Of a DNA stretch of 64,000 nt, positions 54,149-63,804 are shown in pieces; positions within the stretch are counted from its first letter, which is position 1, and each line of letters begins with the position of its first letter. Under the pieces are notes generated by a model. That model was not told where the DNA came from. It saw nothing but the letters and a program-made list of their open reading frames with translations, and did not search any database. A program made the translations under genes and the position numbers. The DNA is from Candidatus Levybacteria bacterium RIFCSPLOWO2_01_FULL_42_15. GTDB lineage: Bacteria; Patescibacteriota; Microgenomatia; Levybacterales; UBA12049. The DNA is taken from the NCBI GenBank assembly GCA_001784055.1, contig MFOZ01000019.1:18593-82592 (forward strand), read 5' to 3'.

Positions 54149-55909
54149 ATGTGTGGAATATTCGGTTACGTCGGAAAACAAAATAATGCGGCCCAGATTG
54201 TTCTTGAAGGACTAAGGCTTCTGGAATATCGCGGGTATGATTCATGGGGAATTGCGGTAAAAAGCGGAAAGAAGCTTATGGTGAATAAGCAGGTGGGGAA
54301 AATAGAATCCGCCAAAACGACTCTTTCTGCAAGCTTTCTTGGTATTGGGCATACAAGGTGGGCGACTCATGGAGGAGTGACAGAAAACAATGCTCATCCT
54401 CATCTTGACTGCAAACAAGAAATAGCACTGGTGCATAACGGGATTGTAGAAAATTTTGTTGCGTTAAAAGAAGAATTGATAATTAGAGGACATAGTTTTA
54501 ATTCGGAAACAGACACAGAGGTAATTGTTCATCTTATCGAGGAGTATTTAAAAAAAGAAGGATTTGCCTCATCGGTGCGTGATTCATTTAATAGGCTTAA
54601 AGGACTAAACGCAATTGTTGTTGCCTACGCTGTCTCTCGTCAAATTATTGCCTGCAAAACAGGATCTTCCTTGGTGGTTGGTCAAAAAAATAGCGATTTC
54701 TATATTGCCTCGGACGCATTGGGAATAACAGACCACACAAAGAAGCTTTTCTTTCTTAAAGATGGAGAAATGGTCATACTGGGAGAAAAGTTGCAACTCA
54801 TAAGCATTGCAAACGGTAAAAAGTTAAAAGCAAATTTCGAAACAATACATTGGAAGCAGGAAGACTCCAAAATTGGAAATTTTAATCACTTTATGGAGAA
54901 GGAAATTTATGAACAACCACGCGTTGTGCGTACCATAGCAAGAACTGCCGATCAGGATATTATTTCATTAAGCAGAACAATTAAACGAGCTAGGGGAACT
55001 TTTTTTATAGGCGCAGGAACGGCCTTTCATGCCTGCCTTGCGGGGACATACCTATTCTCCGGAATCGCAAAAATCCATGTTAATACAGCGGTCGCATCTG
55101 AATTTAATTATCTGGAGGATTTTTTAACCAAAGAAAGTCTCATTATCGCGCTTTCCCAATCGGGGGAAACGATAGATGTTCTTGAGCCTCTCAATAGAGC
55201 GAAGGGGAAAGGAAGCAGAATTGTGGCGCTTACCAATGTTTTGGGCTCTTCGCTGTATAGGCTTGCTGATCACTCCCTTATTTTGGGTGCGGGAGTTGAA
55301 AAAGCAGTAGCTTCAACAAAGGCATATACTGCAAAGCTTGCTCTTTTACTTATGCTTGCGCACGCAATGAATGGAGAGATAAAAAAAGCAAAGAAAAATC
55401 TTCTTGAAACGTCAAAAGAAATACAAAGACTCCTCAGCGCTCCAAGCAGAAAAAACATACGAAAGATTGCGTTGGTTCTTAAGTCATCCGAGCATATCTA
55501 TACTATTGGGAGAGGAGTATCTTATCCAACAGCACTGGAAGCCGCCCTTAAGATTAAAGAGGTAAGCTATATACACACAGAAGGACTTGCGGGAGGAGAG
55601 TTAAAACATGGAACGCTCGCGCTTGTTGAAAAAGGAACGCCGTGTATTGTATTTGCTCCCAATGATGACACCTATGAGGCAATGATTTCCAACGCGATTG
55701 AGATCAAATCAAGAGGAGGAGTAATCATTGGCATAAGTACTAAAAAGTCTTCTGTTTTTGACTACTTTATAGAAGTTCGCGACATGGGATGGGCACGTAT
55801 TATCGCTCAAATTATCCCCGCACAGCTTTTGGCATACTATTTAGCGGTAGAGAGAGGATGCGATCCAGATAAACCTCGCAATTTAGCAAAAAGCGTAACC
55901 GTAAAGTAA
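54149..55909 (+). CDS. glmS: Glutamine--fructose-6-phosphate aminotransferase (isomerizing)
   Basis: MCGIFGY Ntn-Cys. Two SIS domains. C-terminal ...KPRNLAKSVTVK. Confidence 0.9.
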   Translation: MCGIFGYVGKQNNAAQIVLEGLRLLEYRGYDSWGIAVKSGKKLMVNKQVGKIESAKTTLSASFLGIGHTRWATHGGVTENNAHPHLDCKQEIALVHNGIVENFVALKEELIIRGHSFNSETDTEVIVHLIEEYLKKEGFASSVRDSFNRLKGLNAIVVAYAVSRQIIACKTGSSLVVGQKNSDFYIASDALGITDHTKKLFFLKDGEMVILGEKLQLISIANGKKLKANFETIHWKQEDSKIGNFNHFMEKEIYEQPRVVRTIARTADQDIISLSRTIKRARGTFFIGAGTAFHACLAGTYLFSGIAKIHVNTAVASEFNYLEDFLTKESLIIALSQSGETIDVLEPLNRAKGKGSRIVALTNVLGSSLYRLADHSLILGAGVEKAVASTKAYTAKLALLLMLAHAMNGEIKKAKKNLLETSKEIQRLLSAPSRKNIRKIALVLKSSEHIYTIGRGVSYPTALEAALKIKEVSYIHTEGLAGGELKHGTLALVEKGTPCIVFAPNDDTYEAMISNAIEIKSRGGVIIGISTKKSSVFDYFIEVRDMGWARIIAQIIPAQLLAYYLAVERGCDPDKPRNLAKSVTVK

Positions 55910-55912
55910 ACA

Positions 55913-56629
55913 ATGAAAAAAACAATCCTTATTCTTCATGGATGGGGGGTTAACGGAGAAAAATACCAAATCATAGTAGGTATGTTAAAAGAGAAGGGAT
56001 GGGTAGCGTTTTCTCCAGACCTTCCGGGATTTGGAAAGGAAAAATTGTTGAAAAAGACTATGAACGTAGACGATTATGTTGATTTTGTAAGAGATTTTAT
56101 AAGGAAGAAAAAGCTATCCAACATTGTTCTTGTTGGGCATTCATTTGGAGGAAGAATTGCCATTAAATTAGCAGCATCAGGAGAAGGGACAATAACAGGT
56201 CTTATTCTCACAGGGTCTGCTGGTATTAAGCCCAAACTCGCTTTGTATAAACGATTTATTATGTATATAGCAATTTTATTAGGAGAATTATTTCGTTTTC
56301 CGCTGTTAGCAAATGCAAAAAATATTCTGCGCAAGATTCTTTATTTTGCCATAGGGGAATGGGATTATTATAACGCGGGGGACATTAGAGAAACGTTTAA
56401 AAAAGTCATTGCCGAAGACCTTATTGATTATCTTCATAACATACGTGTCCCTACGCTTTTGGTTTGGGGCGCAAAAGATAACGTTATCCAACTGATCTAT
56501 GGGAAGATGATGAAAGAGAGAATTTCTGCGTCAGCGCTTGTTGTTGTTGAGGGCGCAGGTCATAAGCTGCCTTACGCGAATCCTAAGGAATTTATTAATG
56601 CAATTATGCCATTTTTACAGAAAATATGA
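55913..56629 (+). CDS. Alpha/beta-fold hydrolase
   Basis: ILILHGWG. Nucleophile elbow GHSFGG. 238 aa. Confidence 0.7.
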   Translation: MKKTILILHGWGVNGEKYQIIVGMLKEKGWVAFSPDLPGFGKEKLLKKTMNVDDYVDFVRDFIRKKKLSNIVLVGHSFGGRIAIKLAASGEGTITGLILTGSAGIKPKLALYKRFIMYIAILLGELFRFPLLANAKNILRKILYFAIGEWDYYNAGDIRETFKKVIAEDLIDYLHNIRVPTLLVWGAKDNVIQLIYGKMMKERISASALVVVEGAGHKLPYANPKEFINAIMPFLQKI

Positions 56630-58302
56630 GCATACTTTACGCAGCCACAAGCACACTTTTCTTTGTCTGGATTTCCAGAAATATTTTATACTGGGTACAC
56701 CTTTGGCAAATAAAAGAGTATCGGTGGGATCGGCTTTCGGTTCATCTTAGAGAGACGGTTCAAGGAAGGTCGCTTTTTTTCTCACCTCTTCTTCTTTTCA
56801 AAGTAGTACTTATAGGTGCATTTATCCTGGTAATCCAAAAACAGCTTTCTCTTTCTTTATACCACAGCGCAATCACGTTTGTGTTTGCCTTGCAATTTAG
56901 CTCTGTGGTAAAAGAAGTAGGGAGAAAAACCATAAAGATCCCTAAGCCAACGATAAAGGCAGTGATTATTAGTGGATTTTCTCTCTTTATCCTTTTCTCT
57001 CTTTTTTCTCTTCCGCTGTTGGATCGATTTGCATGGATTCTTTTAATCGATCGCCTGCTTCCTGCTGTTGTTTTAGTTGCGACACTTATCATGTCGTTTC
57101 CAAGCGGGCTTTACTATGATTGGAAAATCGCTCGGGCGATAAGGCTTTTAAGGAAGCAGAAAAAGCTTATCGTAATGGGCATTACCGGAAGTTATGGAAA
57201 AAGCTCAACAAAAGAATATCTTGCGCAGCTTTTGAGAACAAAATTTTCTCTTATTGCTACTTTCGGTACCCAAAATACGCCCATTGGTTTGGCAAACACA
57301 ATTCTTGAGAAAATGCAAGACAAAACGGCTATTTTTGTTGCGGAGATGGGTGCATACAAAAGAGGGGAGATTGCACAGCTTGCCCAAATGGTTCATCCAA
57401 CAATAGGAGTTCTTACCGGTATCAACGCGCAACATTTCTCTCTCTTTGGTAGCATTGAAAATACGATTGATGCAAAGTATGAACTTATTGAGTCGATTTC
57501 TCCTAACGGTTTATGTCTTTTTAACGGGAATAACGTTTACACGTACGAATTGTGGAAACGGGCATTGCGTGAAAATCGTAACGCAGTATTATATAGGGTT
57601 CTAACGACTAATTCCTTTTCCGAAGAACAATTTAAACAGGAGCATGGGATTATTGCCTATAACGCGCGTATTTCTTCGCGTAGTGTTTCCTTTGATGTTG
57701 TTCTGAAGAAGAAAGGGAAACCAAGAATAAAAATAGAGAGTCTGGGAGCGCCAATTGGTGGGATTCACACACTTGAAAATCTTCTTCCCGCAATTTATGT
57801 TGCGTATATTTTAGAAATGAAACCTTTTGAAATTAAAGAAGCGTTATCCCTGCTTGTTTCGCCTGTTCATACCATGAGCATTCTTAGATCTTTTTTGGGA
57901 GTAATTCTTCTAGACAATACGCATAATACAAATCCTCGTGGTATTGAGGCTGCGGTACTATTACTTAAGCAGTATCTAAGACAGAAAAAAAGACTATGTG
58001 TTTTTGTATTGCAACCAATGATTGAATTGGGTAGCAGAGGGAAAGAGGAGCATAGGATAGCGGGAAGAGCTATTGGTGCGGTTTGTTCTTATCTTTTTCT
58101 AACAAATAAGAATTTTTATCAAGAAATCGTAAAAGGAGTTCGGGATAGCGGAGGAAAATGTAAGGTAAAAATAGCAAGCCCTCAAATCATTGCGAGTTTT
58201 GTCAAGACCCTGACGAAAGATGATATTATGTATTTTGAGGGAAGAGAGACCGCGTCTTCTTTGGTAAAGATTCTTAAGCGAGATCCAAAAACAGATATAT
58301 GA
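56626..58302 (+). CDS. murF: UDP-MurNAc-tripeptide--D-Ala-D-Ala ligase (MurF) with about 170-aa N-terminal polytopic membrane domain
   Basis: Mur ligase core ITGSYGKSSTKE...VAEMGAYKRGEI...NAQHFSLFGSIENT, as in MurF. The first about 170 aa contain about 5 hydrophobic helices. Confidence 0.7.
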   Translation: MSILYAATSTLFFVWISRNILYWVHLWQIKEYRWDRLSVHLRETVQGRSLFFSPLLLFKVVLIGAFILVIQKQLSLSLYHSAITFVFALQFSSVVKEVGRKTIKIPKPTIKAVIISGFSLFILFSLFSLPLLDRFAWILLIDRLLPAVVLVATLIMSFPSGLYYDWKIARAIRLLRKQKKLIVMGITGSYGKSSTKEYLAQLLRTKFSLIATFGTQNTPIGLANTILEKMQDKTAIFVAEMGAYKRGEIAQLAQMVHPTIGVLTGINAQHFSLFGSIENTIDAKYELIESISPNGLCLFNGNNVYTYELWKRALRENRNAVLYRVLTTNSFSEEQFKQEHGIIAYNARISSRSVSFDVVLKKKGKPRIKIESLGAPIGGIHTLENLLPAIYVAYILEMKPFEIKEALSLLVSPVHTMSILRSFLGVILLDNTHNTNPRGIEAAVLLLKQYLRQKKRLCVFVLQPMIELGSRGKEEHRIAGRAIGAVCSYLFLTNKNFYQEIVKGVRDSGGKCKVKIASPQIIASFVKTLTKDDIMYFEGRETASSLVKILKRDPKTDI

Positions 58303-59540
58303 TACGCCCAATTGCCATTGGTCTCTCTCCAAATACGACTTTTTTGGATGTTCTATTTTCAATCCGCTTATTAATTCAGCCATGGATATACCAAAAAGGG
58401 AACTATATCAAGAAGCTGGAAGATTGGTTTTTACGCTATTTTCATGCCGATGTAGCGGTATCTTTTGATAGTGCCCGCATTGCTCTTTTTTATACTTTAA
58501 AATCTCTTGGGATAAAAGAAGGAGATGAGGTTCTTCTGCAAGCATTTACCTGCGTTGCGGTTCCCAACGCGATAATGTGGGCAAAAGCAAAACCAGTGTA
58601 CGTTGATATTGCCAACTCTTACACCATTGATACAAAAGATCTGGAGAAAAAAATAACTTCTTCCACCAAAGCAATCATTGTGCAGCATACGTTTGGAATC
58701 CCGGCGGAGATGGATCAAATTGTAGGTATTGCAAAAAAGCACAATCTTTTTGTCATAGAGGATTGTGCTCATACGATTGGAGGAATGTATAAAGAACAAA
58801 AGCTTGGATCGCTTGGAGACGTGGGTATTTTTAGTTTTGGCAGGGATAAAGCCTTTTCTTCTGTATTTGGAGGGATTGTGATTACCTCGCGCAAGAATAT
58901 TGGAAAACAGTTAAAAGTCTTCCAAGGCAATTTATCACACCCATCTATTTTATGGATTGCGCAGCAACTTTTCCATCCGGTTGCCCTTTCTCTCGTTTTT
59001 CCTTTATACAACCTTTTTTTAGGAAAAATGTTCCTTTTATCCTTGCAGCTGTTTGGAATGCTTTCGCTTCCTTTAGAGACTGAAGAAAAACAGGGAAAAT
59101 TCCCCCATAATTTGGGGAAAAAAATGCCAAATGCCCTGGCAGCATTAGCTCTCTTTCAACTTAAAAGAATTTCGCAGTTTAATGCAAGAAGAAAAGAAAT
59201 CGCAAGCGAATACGTCCAAAAGATTAACGTACTATACTCCGGTACATTGTATAAAAATATAATTCCTTTTTTACGTTTTCCGCTTGTTGTTGAAAAAAGA
59301 GAAGAGATGCTTAATTTCTTCAGATCCAAAAAAATCTATGTTGGGAAATGGTATTCTGAAGTCGTAGATCCAAAGGGCGTTGATTTAAAACAAGTTTTTT
59401 ATAAAACAGGTTCTTGTCCAAATGCAGAATATATAGCAAAGCATATTCTTAATGTACCTACATATCCTACCATGACGGATTCTGACGTTAAAAACGTAAT
59501 TAATGTATTTCAAAAATATGATCAAGATCATAGAAATTGA
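58299..59540 (+). CDS. DegT/DnrJ/EryC1-like PLP-dependent aminotransferase (embedded in dcw cluster)
   Basis: VLLQAFTCVAVPNAIMWA...IVQHTFGIPAEMD...IEDCAHTIGG...FSFGRDKAFSS (Lys). Confidence 0.6.
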   Translation: MIRPIAIGLSPNTTFLDVLFSIRLLIQPWIYQKGNYIKKLEDWFLRYFHADVAVSFDSARIALFYTLKSLGIKEGDEVLLQAFTCVAVPNAIMWAKAKPVYVDIANSYTIDTKDLEKKITSSTKAIIVQHTFGIPAEMDQIVGIAKKHNLFVIEDCAHTIGGMYKEQKLGSLGDVGIFSFGRDKAFSSVFGGIVITSRKNIGKQLKVFQGNLSHPSILWIAQQLFHPVALSLVFPLYNLFLGKMFLLSLQLFGMLSLPLETEEKQGKFPHNLGKKMPNALAALALFQLKRISQFNARRKEIASEYVQKINVLYSGTLYKNIIPFLRFPLVVEKREEMLNFFRSKKIYVGKWYSEVVDPKGVDLKQVFYKTGSCPNAEYIAKHILNVPTYPTMTDSDVKNVINVFQKYDQDHRN

Positions 59541-60537
59541 CGAGAAAAAAATTTGGGATGAGTTTTTAGATAAAAAAGAAATCCAGTTTTTTCCCTTATT
59601 TCAGTCATGGAATTGGGGAGAAGTTCAAAAGCAAACCGGAGACGAGCTGTTGCGCGTTGGAGCGTATAAAAACAATAAGCTAGCTGCGGTGTGTCAGATT
59701 ATTGACATACATGCGAAACGAGGACATTATCTGCATCTTCGTCATGGACCGGTACTTGTGCCCTTTGATTCAGCCGTGTTTGATGCGCTACTCGTCTATG
59801 TTAAAAAAGTCGCTTGTCAAAAGAAAGCTTCATTCGTTCGACTCAGTCCGCTCGTTGAAAAAAGTCAGGCAGACAAAGCTATGTTAAGCGCAGGAGGTAT
59901 GATAGGCGCACCAATTCACAACATGGATGCGCAGGTATGTTGGGTTTTAGACATCACAAAGCCGGAAGAACAACTCCTTAAAGAAATGCGCAAGTCTCAC
60001 CGCTATCTAATCCGTAAGGCACAAGGCATGAACATTACCATTAGAAAAACAAAAGGAGCCTCAAGTATCAATATCTTCTTGGAAATCTACAAAGATTTGT
60101 CTGGGAGGAAACATTTTGTTCCCCATAAGGGAATAAAAGAAGAGCTTGACGTCTTTGGAAAAGAAGATCAGGCATTATTGTTTTTGGCCGAATATAAACA
60201 GAAGGTCATTGGGGGAACGCTTATTTTGTTTGTTGGAAATAATGCCATTTATCACCATGGGGCATCTGTTGAAGGCTATAGAGATGTACCTGTTTCATAT
60301 CTTTTACAGTGGGAAGCAATTTTAGAAGCCAAGAGAAGAGACAAAAAGCTCTATAATTTTTGGGGAATCGCACCATCTGATTCCTCCAGACATCCATGGC
60401 AGGGATTAACGCTTTTCAAAACAGGTTTTGGGGGAGAAAAAAAGGAGTTTCTTCACGCGCAAGATATTCCCCTCTCTTTTTGGTACGGGAAAAACTACTT
60501 GGTGGAATACATCCGAAAACTACAAAGAGGCTATTAA
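59518..60537 (+). CDS. FemAB-family peptidoglycan interpeptide-bridge aminoacyltransferase
   Basis: FemAB-like N-terminus (FFPLFQSWNWGEVQ). GNAT-like duplicated fold, about 340 aa. Start may be 59503. Confidence 0.7.
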   Translation: MIKIIEIDEKKIWDEFLDKKEIQFFPLFQSWNWGEVQKQTGDELLRVGAYKNNKLAAVCQIIDIHAKRGHYLHLRHGPVLVPFDSAVFDALLVYVKKVACQKKASFVRLSPLVEKSQADKAMLSAGGMIGAPIHNMDAQVCWVLDITKPEEQLLKEMRKSHRYLIRKAQGMNITIRKTKGASSINIFLEIYKDLSGRKHFVPHKGIKEELDVFGKEDQALLFLAEYKQKVIGGTLILFVGNNAIYHHGASVEGYRDVPVSYLLQWEAILEAKRRDKKLYNFWGIAPSDSSRHPWQGLTLFKTGFGGEKKEFLHAQDIPLSFWYGKNYLVEYIRKLQRGY

Positions 60538-60557
60538 GTTTGATATAATATACGTCT

Positions 60558-61568
60558 ATGATGCGGCTTTTAGGGCTTACTATAATGTCGTTTGTTATCA
60601 GTGGGACTTTGTTTGTGCCATTTATCGATTTTCTCTACAAAATAAAGCTCAGAAGAAGAATACAAAAAACAAAAGATATCTTTAACAACAACACTCCTCT
60701 TTTTGATCGTTTTAACGCGTGGAAGGTGGGAACGCCATTCGGAGGAGGGCTTCTTATTGTAGTGGTTGTTCCCGTATTAACACTTTGGGCATATGGTCTT
60801 TTTGAAACAAAAATATCATTCTGGCAACTATTCGTTTTGCTCTTTTCTTTTATTGGATTTGGACTTCTTGGTCTTTATGATGATCTTAAAAAACTTACCA
60901 ATGAAAAAAAATCCGTTGTTTTTGGATTGAGGTTTCGTCATAAGTTTTTCATCCAATGGATTCTCGCATTTTTAATCGCCTCTGTTCTTTATTTTCAGCT
61001 TGGATTTGATTTCATTTTCATCCGCGGATTTGGACTCGCAAACCTAGGATTTCTTTTCATCCCGTTTGCGGCGTTTGTGATTGTTTCTTTTGTAAACGCA
61101 TTTAATATTGCGGATGGACTTGATGGGTTAGCGTCCGGTCTTTTTCTCATCTGCATGGTTGCGTTTTTGGCAATCTCCTCCTCGCAACTGGATAACTATC
61201 TGGGAATTTTTATCGCAATTATTTTAGGGAGCGTTGCGGCATTCCTTTATTTTAATATTTATAAAGCGAGGCTTTGGCTTGGAGATACGGGATCTCTTGC
61301 TCTTGGAGCAGTGCTTGCGGTTGTTGGACTTTTGACAGGAAAAACGATTGCGCTTGCCGTCATAGGAGGAATTTTTGTTCTTGAAATTGGCTCATCGCTT
61401 GTGCAAATTCTTGGAAAAAAGATTCTTGGAAAAAAGATTCTTCCCGCAGCCCCTTTCCATCTGTATTTGCAATACAGGGGATGGGAAGAGCCAAAAATTG
61501 TGATGAGAGCTTGGCTTTTGGGATTTCTTATGGCAGTTTTAGGATTGTATATAGCATTCGCCGTGTAA
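60558..61568 (+). CDS. mraY: Phospho-N-acetylmuramoyl-pentapeptide transferase
   Basis: NAFNIADGLDGLASG. DTGSLALGA. 10 TM helices. Confidence 0.9.
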   Translation: MMRLLGLTIMSFVISGTLFVPFIDFLYKIKLRRRIQKTKDIFNNNTPLFDRFNAWKVGTPFGGGLLIVVVVPVLTLWAYGLFETKISFWQLFVLLFSFIGFGLLGLYDDLKKLTNEKKSVVFGLRFRHKFFIQWILAFLIASVLYFQLGFDFIFIRGFGLANLGFLFIPFAAFVIVSFVNAFNIADGLDGLASGLFLICMVAFLAISSSQLDNYLGIFIAIILGSVAAFLYFNIYKARLWLGDTGSLALGAVLAVVGLLTGKTIALAVIGGIFVLEIGSSLVQILGKKILGKKILPAAPFHLYLQYRGWEEPKIVMRAWLLGFLMAVLGLYIAFAV

Positions 61569-61584
61569 AAAATATCTGCCCATC

Positions 61585-62652
61585 ATGAAGCGCATAGATA
61601 TTTCACTTCTTTTTGTTGTTATTCTCTTATCCTTTTTTGGTCTTCTTATGATTTATGAGGCATCTTCGTTTATTGCTTTTCGAGATTTTGGAGACAAATA
61701 TCACTATCTTAAAGATCAATCTCTTTGGATTCTTCTGGGACTTAGTGGTTTGGTATTTTTCTCCCTTTTTGATTATCGAAAGCTTTATCTATTTTCCTTA
61801 CCGTTTCTTATTGCTGCAATAATCTTGCTTTCATTGGTGTTTGTGCCTGGGGTTGGGGTTCTCTTGCACGGTGCTCGACGATGGATAGACGCAGGTCCTT
61901 TTTTTATCCAGCCATCAGAATTTGTAAAGCTTGCCTTAACTATTTATCTTGCCGCCTGGTTTTCTCATAAAGAAAAAGGAAGATTTTTTGCGTTTTTGCT
62001 CCTGCTTGGGCTTGTCATTTTCCTTATCATGTTGCAACCTGATATGGGAACGGCAGCCATTATCCTTCTTGAAGCAATCGTTATGTATTTTTTGTCAGGA
62101 GGAAACATTATCCATTTTCTTTTTCTTCTTCCGGCTATCGCAGCGGGCGGGTTTTTTCTTATAAAAATAGAGCCCTATCGTTTTGAGCGGTTTATTGCGT
62201 TTCTCAGCTTGGGAAAATCACTGGAAGGCTCCTCATATCATGTTAAACAAATACTCATAGCACTTGGAATGGGTGGGCTTACGGGAGTTGGCTTTGGAAA
62301 TTCATTGCAGAAATATGCCTATCTTCCAGAAAATACTACCGATTCAATCTTCGCAATTATCGCGGAAGAAGTTGGTTTTCTTGGCTCAACGCTTGTTATT
62401 ATCTGCTTTATGATTCTTGCCGCGAGAGGATTTTTTATTGCGTTTCACAGTCGGACGATGTTTGGAAAACTTCTTGCTTCGGGAATAACAGCATTTCTTT
62501 CTGCTCAAGCGCTCATTAATTTAGGAGCTCAAACCGCGCTTGTTCCTCTTACTGGTGTTCCTCTTCCTTTTATCTCCTACGGCGGATCCGCTCTTATTGT
62601 AGATTTATGTTCGATTGGAATTCTACTCAATATATCCAAAGAACGAGTATGA
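61585..62652 (+). CDS. ftsW: SEDS-family peptidoglycan glycosyltransferase FtsW
   Basis: FtsW/RodA topology and conserved blocks (IQPSEFVKLALTIYLAAW; PDMGTA; SYGGSAL). Sits between mraY and murG. Confidence 0.85.
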   Translation: MKRIDISLLFVVILLSFFGLLMIYEASSFIAFRDFGDKYHYLKDQSLWILLGLSGLVFFSLFDYRKLYLFSLPFLIAAIILLSLVFVPGVGVLLHGARRWIDAGPFFIQPSEFVKLALTIYLAAWFSHKEKGRFFAFLLLLGLVIFLIMLQPDMGTAAIILLEAIVMYFLSGGNIIHFLFLLPAIAAGGFFLIKIEPYRFERFIAFLSLGKSLEGSSYHVKQILIALGMGGLTGVGFGNSLQKYAYLPENTTDSIFAIIAEEVGFLGSTLVIICFMILAARGFFIAFHSRTMFGKLLASGITAFLSAQALINLGAQTALVPLTGVPLPFISYGGSALIVDLCSIGILLNISKERV

Positions 62653-63803
62653 AACTTCTCATTGTTGCCGGAGGAGGAGGACATTTTTCCGCAGCGTTTT
62701 CGGTTATTCAGAAGCTTCCTAAAGACGTCAGCGTATTGGTGGTTGGAAGAAAGCATTCGTTTGAAGGAGATTCAGCGCTTTCGCTAGAGTATCAGACATG
62801 CAGCAGCAACAATATTCCTTTTGCTACAGTAGGTGCGGGGAGACTGCAAAGAGCATTTACTAAGCACACGATAGCGTCTCTTGTCAAAACCCCGTTTGGA
62901 TTTGCGCAATCCCTTAAGATTCTTAAAAAGTTTAATCCTGATATAGTTCTTTCGTTTGGAGGATATGTATCTCTGCCCGTAGTTGTGGGAGCACGGTTAT
63001 CTGGAATACCTATTGTTGTGCATGAACAGATTCCCGCAGGAGGACTTTCTAACAAAATCGCATCGTTAATAGCAGACAGAGTGTGTATATCGTGGAATGA
63101 ATCATATGATTTTTTCCCTAGAGAAAAAACTGTGCTCACGGGTAATCCTATTCGTAGGGAAATTTCTCGTACTCAGAGCAGTGTCTTATTAGACGGGGCA
63201 ACGGAGGTTTTTCTCCGTGATCAAGCTCCTTTTATCTATATTACCGGAGGATCTGGGGGTTCTCACTTTCTTAATGTTCTTGTTGAAGAGCTAATTCCTG
63301 ATCTTACTGAAAAATATAAAATAATTCATCAAACAGGAGGCTCAAATGAGTATAAAGATTTTGAGCGGCTTTTATATCTTAAGAATAATCTTCCTCATCA
63401 AATAAGACATAGATATATTCCCATAAGATTTTTAGATGCGTCCCAAATTGGATGGATTCTTTCTCACGCTTCTCTTGTGGTTGGTCGGTGCGGTATCAAT
63501 ACCGTATGCGAGCTTTTGTATTGGGGTGTTCCGTCTCTTCTTATCCCTCTTCCTTATGCGCAAGGTAACGAACAAGAAAAAAATGCTCTGTTGGTAAAAG
63601 AAGCGGGATTCGGAGAAATTCTTGCACAGAAAAACGCAACAAAAACAGAGCTCAAAAAACAAATACATCATATGATTCTTAAAAATAATGCATATAAGTT
63701 TCATGCTCGCAAGGGAAGAAAGAGACTGATACCAAACGCATCAGAAAACATTATAAGCGTAGTTATCGCTGTTTATGAGAAAAGAAAGAAACAAGAAAAG
63801 TAA
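62649..63803 (+). CDS. murG: UDP-GlcNAc:Und-PP-MurNAc-pentapeptide GlcNAc transferase
   Basis: MKLLIVAGGGGHFSAAFSV. C-terminal GGSGGS...E motif region. ATGA overlap with ftsW. The ORF-track start at 62607 is an upstream extension. Confidence 0.85.
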   Translation: MKLLIVAGGGGHFSAAFSVIQKLPKDVSVLVVGRKHSFEGDSALSLEYQTCSSNNIPFATVGAGRLQRAFTKHTIASLVKTPFGFAQSLKILKKFNPDIVLSFGGYVSLPVVVGARLSGIPIVVHEQIPAGGLSNKIASLIADRVCISWNESYDFFPREKTVLTGNPIRREISRTQSSVLLDGATEVFLRDQAPFIYITGGSGGSHFLNVLVEELIPDLTEKYKIIHQTGGSNEYKDFERLLYLKNNLPHQIRHRYIPIRFLDASQIGWILSHASLVVGRCGINTVCELLYWGVPSLLIPLPYAQGNEQEKNALLVKEAGFGEILAQKNATKTELKKQIHHMILKNNAYKFHARKGRKRLIPNASENIISVVIAVYEKRKKQEK

Positions 63804-63804
63804 A

